Shown here one piece after another: positions 1 through 8,037 of a DNA stretch of 64,000 nucleotides. Source of the DNA: Clostridiales bacterium (lineage in GTDB: Bacteria > Bacillota > Clostridia > Oscillospirales > CAG-272); NCBI GenBank assembly GCA_003150035.1, contig QALR01000015.1, positions 3,005-67,004 on the forward strand. Direction: 5' to 3'. Made by a program: the position numbers and the translations under genes. The notes under the pieces were generated by a model that saw nothing but the letters and a program-made list of their open reading frames with translations, was not told the origin of the DNA and did no database searches. Every line of letters starts with the position of its first letter. Position 1 is the stretch's first letter.

Positions 1-114
1 GAGATTGTGCAGCAGATCACCGTACCTTCGCATACAAGCATCTGCTTCCATCTGATCGGCGGTCTTAACCTGACGGAAAAAATTCCTGAACAAAGGAGGT
101 GCAGAAGAAAATGA
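1..114 (+). CDS. 3' end of an upstream recombinase-family gene (partial, runs off the window)
   Basis: Frame +1 is open from base 1 to the TGA at 112-114. The tail EIVQQITVPSHTSICFHLIGGLNLTEKIPE resembles the C-terminal tails of the two downstream recombinases. Its stop overlaps the next ATG (ATGA at 111-114). Confidence 0.45.
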   Translation, partial: EIVQQITVPSHTSICFHLIGGLNLTEKIPEQRRCRRK

Positions 115-1004
115 AAAACAGAAGATTCCCGTATGGCTACGAGATGAGAGACGGTGAAATCGTAATCTGCCAAACAGAAGCTGAGATTGTCCGAACCATA
201 TTCCGTGACTATGTTGACGGTAAAGGACTGAAAGATATTGCCGAAAAACTCACAGCTCTGAAAGTGGAATATCTCCCCGGCGAAAGCAATTGGAACAAAA
301 GCCGGATCAAGCGGATGATTGAAGACAAGCGCTACCTCGGAGACAGCACCTATCCTCAAATACTACAGGAGAGTGTCTTACAGGAAGCAAATGTAATAAA
401 ATCAAACAGATGCACAACAGACAACTGCGTAGTGCATTCAGAAAACAAAGAAGTGATATATACCGTCCGATGCGCCGAATGCGGCGACAGGCTGGTTCAT
501 AAAACCGATAACTCCAGAAAAAATACAGAAAGCTGGTACTGCAAAAATAAAGACTGCAAGACGGTCATCAGAAAGACTGTTGCCGTACTGGAAAATGAGA
601 TAACAGAGCTTCTCAACTCTGTCATTCAAAATCCCGATCTTGCCGGAAAAGAATACATCTCATCAAAAAATGAGACGCCGATCGAAATCAAACGAATGGA
701 AAATGAAATAGAACGGGCGCTCGGACAGATTGACTTTGATAAGGAAACCATTCAGAACTTAATTCTGCAGTGTGCTTCCAAACGGTATGAGAAAGAAAAA
801 AGCCAAAAACACATTACGGATCGGCTGAAAGCGGATTTTGAGAAATCAAGTCCGCTTTCTGTATTCGATGCAGAGTTTTTCAGCAAAACAGTGACTGCCG
901 TACTTCTCACGAAAAACGGTGCAGTCAGCTTGCTTCTGAAAAGCGGAAATATCATAGGAAAGGAGAAAAACAAAAATGTCAGCGCAAGCAGTGACAATGC
1001 CTAA
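111..1004 (+). CDS. Recombinase-domain plus zinc-ribbon protein that lacks the N-terminal resolvase catalytic domain (large-serine-recombinase C-terminal module only)
   Basis: Starts FPYGYEMRDGEIVICQTEAEIVRTIFRDYVDGKGLKDIAEKL, which is the typical start of the recombinase domain. Cys pairs follow (CAECGDRL ... YCKNKDC). No YxRVS-type catalytic serine segment is present. RBS AAAGGAGG at 93-99; the ATG at 111 is preferred over the track start at 99. Confidence 0.7.
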   Translation: MKNRRFPYGYEMRDGEIVICQTEAEIVRTIFRDYVDGKGLKDIAEKLTALKVEYLPGESNWNKSRIKRMIEDKRYLGDSTYPQILQESVLQEANVIKSNRCTTDNCVVHSENKEVIYTVRCAECGDRLVHKTDNSRKNTESWYCKNKDCKTVIRKTVAVLENEITELLNSVIQNPDLAGKEYISSKNETPIEIKRMENEIERALGQIDFDKETIQNLILQCASKRYEKEKSQKHITDRLKADFEKSSPLSVFDAEFFSKTVTAVLLTKNGAVSLLLKSGNIIGKEKNKNVSASSDNA

Positions 1005-2607
1005 AGCAGTCAGAGTGATTCCTGCCAAGCCGGAATACAGCGGAAAAAGCAATTCGGACTTTCGTCCAAAGCGTGTCGCAGCATACTGCCGTGTATCTAC
1101 AGATAAGGAAGAACAGGAACACAGCTTTGAAACACAAAAAGAAATGTACACCGATATGATCATGATGAAACCCAACTGGCAGATGGCGGGGATCTATGCA
1201 GATGAAGGAATCACTGGAACAATCGCCAAAAAACGCCCTGACTTCATGCGAATGATTGAAGACTGCCGTAAAGGTAAAATTGATATGGTCATCACCAAAT
1301 CGGTTTCACGGTTCTCAAGAAACAATCTCGACTGTCTGCAGTATGTACGCGAGCTGAAAGAACGCGGAATTCCCATTCTGTTCGAAAAGGAAGGCATCAA
1401 CACACTGCAGGTATCCAGCGAACTTCTGATAACGCTCTTCAGCGGTCTGTCACAGGCTGAGAGTGAATCCATCAGTATGAATGTTAAAATAGGCAAACGG
1501 CAGAGCATCAAAAACGGCAATGTACCGTTCTGCTACAGTTCTTTCCTCGGATATCGGAAAGGTGCGGACGGCAAGCCTGAAATCGTGCCGGAAGAAGCAG
1601 AAATCATCAAGCGAATCTACGCGGAGTATCTTGCAGGAGCAAGCCTTTCAGATATCGCTAATGGTCTGATAAGAGACGGCATCCTCACCCCAAGAGGAAA
1701 AACCAACTGGACAACGAAAGGCGTCCTCTCGATACTGACCAATGAAAAATATAAAGGTGACGCACTGCTGCAAAAGACCTACATTGTGGACTGCATCAGC
1801 AAAAAATCCAAAAAGAATACCGGTGAATTGCCGATGTACTATGTAGAGAATAATCACCCTGCGATTATAGAACGGGCAGTGTTCGACCGGGTTCAGGAGG
1901 AAGTATCACGGCGCAACAGTAAACGCAAGGTCAAAGATGTCGGTACAAAAACCGAGCTTGGCAAATATTCAAGTAAATACGCTCTAACCGAGCTGCTCTT
2001 CTGCGGGAACTGCGGAACACCGTACCGCAGAACAACATGGGCAAAGAACGGCAAGAAAAAAATCGTTTGGCGCTGCATCAGCCGATTGGATTACGGCACG
2101 AAATACTGCAAAAACTCACCTTCAATAGAAGAAGGGGTTCTGCAGAATGCGATCGCTGCGGCTATCACCCGTAAAGCGCAAACAGAGGGTGCGAATATTC
2201 AGCGTATCAGGGAACACATTGAAATGTACCTAAACAGAAAAGATAATTCAGATCTTGAAGAAAAACAGGAACGGTTAACGGCACTAAAACAAAGGATCGA
2301 TGAGTTAACCAGTATGGACAGTGAATCCGCTCAGAACGGGGATTTTGACGAACTGTTCGAAAGCTTGTACACAGAAATGTATGCTATAAAAGACGAACTT
2401 GAAAGTGACGAAAAGACAAATGCGAAGCTGGATACAGCGGTAAACCGGATAGACGAAATGACTACTGTTATGTATGGACTGAAAAACCATCCGGTAGAAT
2501 ATGACGAGCAAATCGTTCGTCAGCTGATTAGCAGTATCAAGGTAATCTCCGCAGAACAAATCCTTATCCTCTTCAAAGACGGTGCTGAGATGACGGCAGA
2601 CCTGTAA
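976..2607 (+). CDS. Large serine recombinase (resolvase catalytic domain, recombinase domain, zinc ribbon, coiled coil)
   Basis: N-terminus RVAAYCRVSTDKEEQEHSFETQ carries the catalytic Ser motif; also VITKSVSRFSRN, a recombinase domain, CGNCGTPYRR...WRC zinc ribbon and a C-terminal coiled coil. Overlaps the previous gene by 29 nt. Confidence 0.92.
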   Translation: MSAQAVTMPKAVRVIPAKPEYSGKSNSDFRPKRVAAYCRVSTDKEEQEHSFETQKEMYTDMIMMKPNWQMAGIYADEGITGTIAKKRPDFMRMIEDCRKGKIDMVITKSVSRFSRNNLDCLQYVRELKERGIPILFEKEGINTLQVSSELLITLFSGLSQAESESISMNVKIGKRQSIKNGNVPFCYSSFLGYRKGADGKPEIVPEEAEIIKRIYAEYLAGASLSDIANGLIRDGILTPRGKTNWTTKGVLSILTNEKYKGDALLQKTYIVDCISKKSKKNTGELPMYYVENNHPAIIERAVFDRVQEEVSRRNSKRKVKDVGTKTELGKYSSKYALTELLFCGNCGTPYRRTTWAKNGKKKIVWRCISRLDYGTKYCKNSPSIEEGVLQNAIAAAITRKAQTEGANIQRIREHIEMYLNRKDNSDLEEKQERLTALKQRIDELTSMDSESAQNGDFDELFESLYTEMYAIKDELESDEKTNAKLDTAVNRIDEMTTVMYGLKNHPVEYDEQIVRQLISSIKVISAEQILILFKDGAEMTADL

Positions 2608-2753
2608 AACAAAAAGGAAACGAAGATGACTTATATTATGAGTTGTGTTTGGCTTGATTATATGGTAAAATGTTTTCAGTGTAAAAACTGTGTGGGTTCA
2701 AGTCCCAAGACAAAAAAATGCGTGGCATCTTTTTTAGTCCCCGGAGACATATC

Positions 2754-2782
2754 GGAACGAGCCACGCTCGTTCCGTTTTTTT
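2754..2782 (+). terminator. Intrinsic terminator after the recombinase operon
   Basis: GGAACGAG-loop-CTCGTTCC hairpin followed by GTTTTTTTG. Confidence 0.7.
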
Positions 2783-2794
2783 GCACAGAAAAGG

Positions 2795-2831
2795 CCGAAG
2801 CAAGGTGAACCCTGCTTCGGTTTATTTTTTT
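2795..2831. terminator. Second intrinsic terminator, possibly bidirectional (also lies downstream of the minus-strand lipoprotein gene)
   Basis: CCGAAGCA(A)GG-TGAAC-CCTGCTTCGG hairpin followed by TTTATTTTTTT, and preceded by an A-run on the + strand. Confidence 0.7.
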
Positions 2832-2875
2832 ATTTGAGCCTATCATGTATGGCACCTGATAAGCTCCTATGAAAA

Positions 2876-3544
2876 TTACTCGGCCATAAACGTAATATAG
2901 ATATCTCCATTGTTGCAGTTTGCCGTCAGGGATTTTTCTCCGCCCGTTTTACTCTCGGGCAAATTGCTCTCGCCCTTTTTGATATCGCAGGAAATCGAAA
3001 AATCATCCCACCCCCCAATGATGGTTCCGCTGATATTCCCGTTTTTGGCCGTTACATCCAAACTCTCTTCCACTGCGATTTTTTCGAATTCTACATTTCC
3101 CCCGTTAGAATCGAGCGTGATACGCTCGAGCGTCGGCAAATCAGATACCTTAATCGTTCCATTCGTCGTCTTTACTGTTAAATCGGACAACAAATGGCTC
3201 GGAATCTCAAGCTTGATTGTGCGATATTCGACGGAAGCTTTCACCCCAATAAAATCCGTCCATTCCTTATCCAATATAAGCTTCATCGTCAATTCATTGT
3301 CCTCTGAAACGGAAATGTCGTAAGTTTCACTTTCGCTTTCATAATACTCGATGTGGATCTGGTCATCATCGGATACGCCGACTTTCACTTCTCTGTCTGA
3401 AACGTCGATAACAATCCCGTCAATACGATTTTCACCGGAAGAATACTCTCCGGCGACAAATGCTTCGCTGCCAGAGCAGCCGCTGACAACCAATACGGTC
3501 GCAAGCCCCACGATAATACAAAAGAACGCTATTGTTTTTTTCAT
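2876..3544 (-). CDS. Lipoprotein, DUF4097-like beta-strand-repeat (putative adhesin) family
   Basis: Signal peptide plus lipobox (MKKTIAFFCIIVGLATVLVVSGC). Repetitive beta-rich body ending in NGDIYITF, typical of DUF4097-type proteins. Confidence 0.6.
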   Translation of the reverse strand: MKKTIAFFCIIVGLATVLVVSGCSGSEAFVAGEYSSGENRIDGIVIDVSDREVKVGVSDDDQIHIEYYESESETYDISVSEDNELTMKLILDKEWTDFIGVKASVEYRTIKLEIPSHLLSDLTVKTTNGTIKVSDLPTLERITLDSNGGNVEFEKIAVEESLDVTAKNGNISGTIIGGWDDFSISCDIKKGESNLPESKTGGEKSLTANCNNGDIYITFMAE

Positions 3545-3645
3545 AAAATCATCTCCTTATATAATGTTTGACATGATATATTTTTCATGCTATAATCAGT
3601 ATAAACCTTTGTGTAACACAAAAGTCAAGGAGAAATATCAGAATT

Positions 3646-4440
3646 ATGGAAAAATTTTTTCCGATAGGCAAAACAGCAAAGATGGTCGGAATGACAACAG
3701 AAACACTGCGCCATTACGACCGTATTGGTTTGGTACACCCTTGCCAGATCGATAAATGGACAGGATACCGATACTATTCTGAGCAAGAGGTGGTTCGCTT
3801 ACACACTGTTCACGCTTTACGCTGTATGGGACTATCCTTGCACAAAATCAAAAAAGTTTTGGAATTCAAGGATATAGAAAACATTGTCGCCTTTTTGAAG
3901 CAGGCAGAACAAAATGCTGATAAAAAAATTGCCGAGCTGAAGGAAGCCAAAACGCGAATCCAAAGGGCCGAACAATATTATAAGAGTAAGACCACAGAAC
4001 AACCAAAAGAGGAAGTTGTTTTTCTCAGGGAAATCCCACAGCGGACCATCCTGCTTTCCGACCGTTTGAGCACCCCGTCGGTAGAAAATTTATGGAACTA
4101 TCACCGTCATTTTTATGCGCAAATCGGAGAAGATAAAAAAGAAGATTTCTCCTTTGAGGACATGGCCGGAATCTATGAAGAGGGCGGACGGTCTTTTCTG
4201 TTCGCCGTTTGTTCGAGGTATTCTGAAGTCGAAGGACTTCTCGTTCTTCCTGCCGGGAAATACCTATGCGTCGACTGTACGGAAGAAAAACGAGAAAAAG
4301 CTCTGCACGAGCTGCTCGACACAGCAGAAACCCAATATGCCGCCACGCCTGATTTTGTAATCTATTCCATTTTGCTTTCCGGCATATTGCAATGGAATTA
4401 TCAAATACAAGTGTTAGTGGAATCGAATCATCCGTCGTAA
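3646..4440 (+). CDS. MerR-family transcriptional regulator with a C-terminal GyrI-like effector-binding domain
   Basis: N-terminal HTH IGKTAKMVGMTTETLRHYDRIGLVHP...YRYYSEQEV, a coiled-coil linker, then about 150 aa of effector domain. RBS AAGGAG upstream. Confidence 0.85.
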   Translation: MEKFFPIGKTAKMVGMTTETLRHYDRIGLVHPCQIDKWTGYRYYSEQEVVRLHTVHALRCMGLSLHKIKKVLEFKDIENIVAFLKQAEQNADKKIAELKEAKTRIQRAEQYYKSKTTEQPKEEVVFLREIPQRTILLSDRLSTPSVENLWNYHRHFYAQIGEDKKEDFSFEDMAGIYEEGGRSFLFAVCSRYSEVEGLLVLPAGKYLCVDCTEEKREKALHELLDTAETQYAATPDFVIYSILLSGILQWNYQIQVLVESNHPS

Positions 4441-4569
4441 AATGACATGTCCGACGCTACGATAAGCAAACAGCATGCCTGGCATCAGAACAGAGAAAAC
4501 AACAACCCAGATATTTTTTGAGCCTTGAAACTGTCGTTGACGGTTCAAGCCGACAAAGGAGAGATAGGC

Positions 4570-5658
4570 ATGGATAAATCCCATGATATGCCAGAAAAAC
4601 AAATATGGGAATTGTATTACCGTCATACACCCAGAATTCTCAGGTCTATGGATCTATGTCGAGGGGAAGAAGATTTTCGAAAAGTGTATATCGCTGACGA
4701 CGGAAAGAAAAAGCTTGTTATCAAATACGCTTCCAACGCTTTCACAGATGGAGAAAGAATTGGCGGTTGGGCGAGGCTCATACACGAATATAACAAATTA
4801 GGAATTTATTGCCCTCAGATAGTTCCCAATAAAAATCATGAATTGGCCCATCATTTTATCCGGGATGGGCGTGATTATTATGTGTTCGCCGAAGAATTTG
4901 CCAAATATGACACTGCTGTGCAAAGGGATATTCCGCACTTAAAGGACGCATGGGGAAAGCCATCCTATATAGACGACGTTCTGCGCTCTGTCGGAAAAGT
5001 CGCCGCCATGCATTTTGATTTTCTGTCATTTCCCTCAGGATATTGCCTGCTTGAACCACATTCCCCGTCTGACACCGCAGACGAGGGGACAGAATGTGCG
5101 CTGCTTTTCCGTGACTATGTAAAAGAAAAGCTTCCCGCGTACTATCCCCAAGTAGAAAAGCTGCTAGAATTATTTTTTATCAATCAAGAAGCACTGCGCA
5201 GGGTATACCCTTCTCTGCCGGTGTCTTGCTTTCAAGCAGATCTGAATGACTCCAATCTCTTGCTTGACAGCAAAAATCAGTTCGTGGGGCTGATTGATTT
5301 TAATCTCTCCGGAAAAGAACCTGTTTTGAATTATACGGTTCGCACCGCGCTTTGGAAAATCCATGACCGTCGGTTATCAGATGAAAACAACGGTGATTCC
5401 AAGACATATTGGTATCATAAAGAAATGGACGACCTGAGAATTCAACTGTTCTTGCAAAACATACGGTGTATAGAGGAGTATTATCCATATTCTGAAACAG
5501 AACGGGAGGCGTTTCCCATATTGTTTCGATACATGAATTCCTTTTGGTGGCAGCATACCCGGGAAATCAAGCGAATACAAGGCAATGATGATAAAATCCA
5601 TAGGCTTCTTGCCTGGCTCGAGCATCAAATGACCCGAGATGATATTCGGCTGCCATAA
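4570..5658 (+). CDS. Kinase-like phosphotransferase (aminoglycoside phosphotransferase / CotS / choline-kinase superfamily)
   Basis: Catalytic-loop-like FQADLNDSNLLLD and the DFG-equivalent GLIDFNLSG. RBS AAAGGAGAG precedes the ATG at 4570; the track start at 4525 is not supported. Confidence 0.6.
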   Translation: MDKSHDMPEKQIWELYYRHTPRILRSMDLCRGEEDFRKVYIADDGKKKLVIKYASNAFTDGERIGGWARLIHEYNKLGIYCPQIVPNKNHELAHHFIRDGRDYYVFAEEFAKYDTAVQRDIPHLKDAWGKPSYIDDVLRSVGKVAAMHFDFLSFPSGYCLLEPHSPSDTADEGTECALLFRDYVKEKLPAYYPQVEKLLELFFINQEALRRVYPSLPVSCFQADLNDSNLLLDSKNQFVGLIDFNLSGKEPVLNYTVRTALWKIHDRRLSDENNGDSKTYWYHKEMDDLRIQLFLQNIRCIEEYYPYSETEREAFPILFRYMNSFWWQHTREIKRIQGNDDKIHRLLAWLEHQMTRDDIRLP

Positions 5659-6002
5659 CCGCCCGGCCTCCGATCAAACGCTGCGACTTTCTCGCTTTCT
5701 CCTTTCAGAGCAAAACATTTTTGTTTCATCGCCCATACTGCCTCGAACGAGCTAGCGGGGGAGACTCTCCTATTGGTGCTGCCAATGGAAAAAAATTCCT
5801 TTATCTGTGACTTCGGCGACTGTCATTTTCAGAATCACTATGTCAAAGAAACGCATAGCGGAACAGAATATTTGTTTATGGAATGGAAGAGCGGCGATTA
5901 TCATTGCGGCGGTTTTGGTACGGATTACGATGTCTTTACGCGAAAGGAAGCATTCTCCTCAAGAAAGGAAAGCTTAGACGTGCTTCCTCTCATACCCCAT
6001 AT

Positions 6003-6038
6003 AAAAACAAGACCGGTTTTGATACCGGTCTTGTTTTT
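6003..6038. terminator. Bidirectional intrinsic terminator downstream of rubrerythrin
   Basis: Perfect 15-bp stem AAAAACAAGACCGGT / ACCGGTCTTGTTTTT with a 6-nt loop; A/T runs are built into both arms. Confidence 0.85.
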
Positions 6039-6051
6039 ATGAAATCCCAAA

Positions 6052-6597
6052 TCAACCAAAATATCTCTTGAGCAAGCCCTCGAAGGCTCTGCCGTGACGC
6101 GCTTCATCTTTTGCCATTTCATGAACCGTATCATGGATCGCATCGAGATTCGCGGCCTTGGCGCGTTTCGCAAGATCAAATTTGCCTGCCGTAGCGCCAT
6201 TTTCTGCGGCAACCCGCATTTCCAGATTCTTTTTCGTGCTAGGTGTCACGACCTCCCCGAGGATCTCCGCAAACTTTGCCGCATGTTCTGCCTCTTCATA
6301 AGCGGCTTTCTCCCAATAGAGACCGATCTCCGGATATCCCTCGCGGAACGCCACTCTTGCCATAGCAAGATACATGCCGACCTCGGAGCATTCTCCGTTG
6401 AAGTTCGCACGCAGGTCGCGGATAATATCCTCAGACACACCCTCGGTGATACCGACGACATGTTCGGTTGCCCAAGTCGTGCTTTTCTCTTCTACCTTTT
6501 CAAACTTGTCTGCCGGAACCCCGCACTGAGGGCATTTTTCCGGGGGATTCTCTCCCTCATAAACATAACCGCATACTTTACATACCCATTTTGCCAT
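6052..6597 (-). CDS. rbr: Reverse rubrerythrin (N-terminal rubredoxin-like CxxC...CxxC domain, C-terminal ferritin-like di-iron domain)
   Basis: [26 protein letters not shown] followed by ExxH ferritin-like helices ([17 protein letters not shown]). RBS GGAGG 8 nt upstream. Confidence 0.9.
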   Translation of the reverse strand: MAKWVCKVCGYVYEGENPPEKCPQCGVPADKFEKVEEKSTTWATEHVVGITEGVSEDIIRDLRANFNGECSEVGMYLAMARVAFREGYPEIGLYWEKAAYEEAEHAAKFAEILGEVVTPSTKKNLEMRVAAENGATAGKFDLAKRAKAANLDAIHDTVHEMAKDEARHGRAFEGLLKRYFG

Positions 6598-6628
6598 TTT
6601 ATTGTCCTCCTAAATGATATAAAATTTT

Positions 6629-7009
6629 TTATTTTTCAAGACATTCGCGGCAGATACCGCGCAATGTATTGCTTGCATAATGGATTTTGGCGCCCAACTG
6701 CTTTTCGATTTTACTGACATCAAAATGTTCCGTCACGTCATAGACCGCTCCGCACATTTCACAAATAAAATGTGCGTGGGGATGAATATGCCCGTCATAC
6801 CGTTCCTTTCCGTCTCCCGAGGTCCCGATTTTCAGAATCGTCCCCGCCTCACAAAGCACGGCGAGATTTCGATATACGGTACCGAGGCTGAGATTCGGAA
6901 AGCTCTTCTTCAAATCTGTGTATATCATGTCGGCTGTCGGATGATCATAGCGGGCGCGGAGATTCTCAAGCACCGCCTCGCGCTGTCTGGAATATCTTTG
7001 CATCATCAC
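6629..7009 (-). CDS. perR: Fur-family peroxide-responsive repressor (PerR-like)
   Basis: RQREAVLENL...HPTADMIYTDL...LGTVYRNL winged helix, HPHAHFICEMCG and CREC metal sites. Lies immediately upstream of rbr on the same strand. Confidence 0.8.
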   Translation of the reverse strand: MMMQRYSRQREAVLENLRARYDHPTADMIYTDLKKSFPNLSLGTVYRNLAVLCEAGTILKIGTSGDGKERYDGHIHPHAHFICEMCGAVYDVTEHFDVSKIEKQLGAKIHYASNTLRGICRECLEK

Positions 7010-7020
7010 CCCCGCCTTTC

Positions 7021-7073
7021 GATATCAATAATCATTACTGTTATTAGTATACCATAAAAAAATTTTTTGTCAA
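7021..7073 (-). promoter_or_regulatory. Candidate perR-rbr promoter with a Fur-family box in the leader
   Basis: On the minus strand: TTGACA (7068-7073), a 16-nt spacer, then TGG-TATACT (7046-7051, extended -10). GATATCAATAATCATTACT at 7021-7039 matches 14 of 19 positions of the classical Fur box GATAATGATAATCATTATC. Confidence 0.45.
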
Positions 7074-7328
7074 GCCTTTTTCTGAATTTTTTTCCGTATC
7101 ATCTGCAAGTTCACACGCACAAAACCGTTTATTTTCTTTTATATCTCTTATAATATAAGGTAGTACTTTACAAAATACGATTCTTATGATATCCTGATAT
7201 CATGGAAAGGCATCATAAAAGGCAATGAATCCGCGTAAAGGTTGCCTAATAAAAAGTCTATCTTTCCTTGATAGAAAGACAAAGGATGCTTTCTCTTTGT
7301 TGACAGATAATCTGTCAGGAGGTAAACG

Positions 7329-8027
7329 ATGAACTTAAAAATCGCGATATGCGACGACAGCGAACCTGATATAGGATTTCTCTCGGACTTGTTGAGCCGT
7401 TGGGCGTCGGCGCGTGAAATAACTCTGCAAACAGAATCCTTTTCCTCAGCGGAGGCATTCCTTTTCCGCTATGCGGAAGATAAAACCTATGATATCCTCC
7501 TGTTAGATATCGAAATGGAAAATATGGACGGCGTAACGATGGCAAGACAGATTCGCAAAGAAAACGATGCGATTCCCATCATCTTTATCACAGGATACTC
7601 CGCCTATATTGCCGAAGGCTATGAGGTAGCCGCCCTTCACTACCTGATGAAACCCGTCAAAGAAGAAAAATTGTTTGCGGTTCTCGACCGTGCCATAGAA
7701 AAAATTCTTTTGAACGAAAGATATTTGAACCTGACGTTGTCCGGAGAAATGATACGAATCCCCCTGCGCGAAATCTATTATCTCGACGTACATCAAAATT
7801 ATGTCACGGTTCATGGCAAAAAAGACTATACCGTGAAACGAACGCTTGGGGAATTTGAACGGCTGCTCGACGAGCGTTTCTTTCGGGTCGGACGCGCAGC
7901 TCTTGTAAACCTAAACTGCATTGGCAAAGTGACGAGGACGGATATATTCCTTTTAGACGGAACCAGACTGCCTCTGCCGCGCGGAGCCTATGAATCGCTG
8001 AACCGCGCGATTATCGCACATACATGA
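7329..8027 (+). CDS. LytTR-family two-component response regulator
   Basis: REC domain (ICDDSEPD...LLLDIEMENMDG...K) plus a C-terminal LytTR DNA-binding domain (YVTVHGKKDYTVKRTLGEFERLLDERFFRVGRAALVNL). Confidence 0.9.
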   Translation: MNLKIAICDDSEPDIGFLSDLLSRWASAREITLQTESFSSAEAFLFRYAEDKTYDILLLDIEMENMDGVTMARQIRKENDAIPIIFITGYSAYIAEGYEVAALHYLMKPVKEEKLFAVLDRAIEKILLNERYLNLTLSGEMIRIPLREIYYLDVHQNYVTVHGKKDYTVKRTLGEFERLLDERFFRVGRAALVNLNCIGKVTRTDIFLLDGTRLPLPRGAYESLNRAIIAHT

Positions 8028-8037
8028 GGAGCGCACC

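Larger units (their letters stand above)
1..2790 (+). mobile_element. Terminal part of an integrative element (prophage, ICE or transposon-like) bounded by tandem serine-recombinase genes; left end lies outside the window and the right junction is not resolved
   Basis: Three coupled recombinase-family ORFs. The DNA looks A+T-richer by eye than the downstream core genes (not computed). Two back-to-back intrinsic terminators at 2754-2831. Confidence 0.5.

Noticed and set aside
2626-2808. 60-aa ORF after the recombinase operon, and a tRNA T-arm-like string GTGGGTTCAAGTCCCAA (about 2687-2703) preceded by a 5-bp stem/7-nt loop (GTTTT-CAGTGTA-AAAAC).
   Set aside because: No full cloverleaf can be drawn. 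There is no credible D-arm, the acceptor stem has a mismatch, position 33 of the would-be anticodon loop is A rather than U, and the T-stem has a mismatch. The ORF is Cys/Lys-rich with no RBS and runs through two terminator hairpins. It could be an att-site or tRNA remnant, but I cannot support that.
5773-6042. 89-aa + strand ORF between the kinase-like gene and rubrerythrin.
   Set aside because: It has no RBS, its start is a non-ATG in a poor context, its C-terminus is translated from the bidirectional terminator hairpin, and it has no recognisable motif. It may be a gene remnant.
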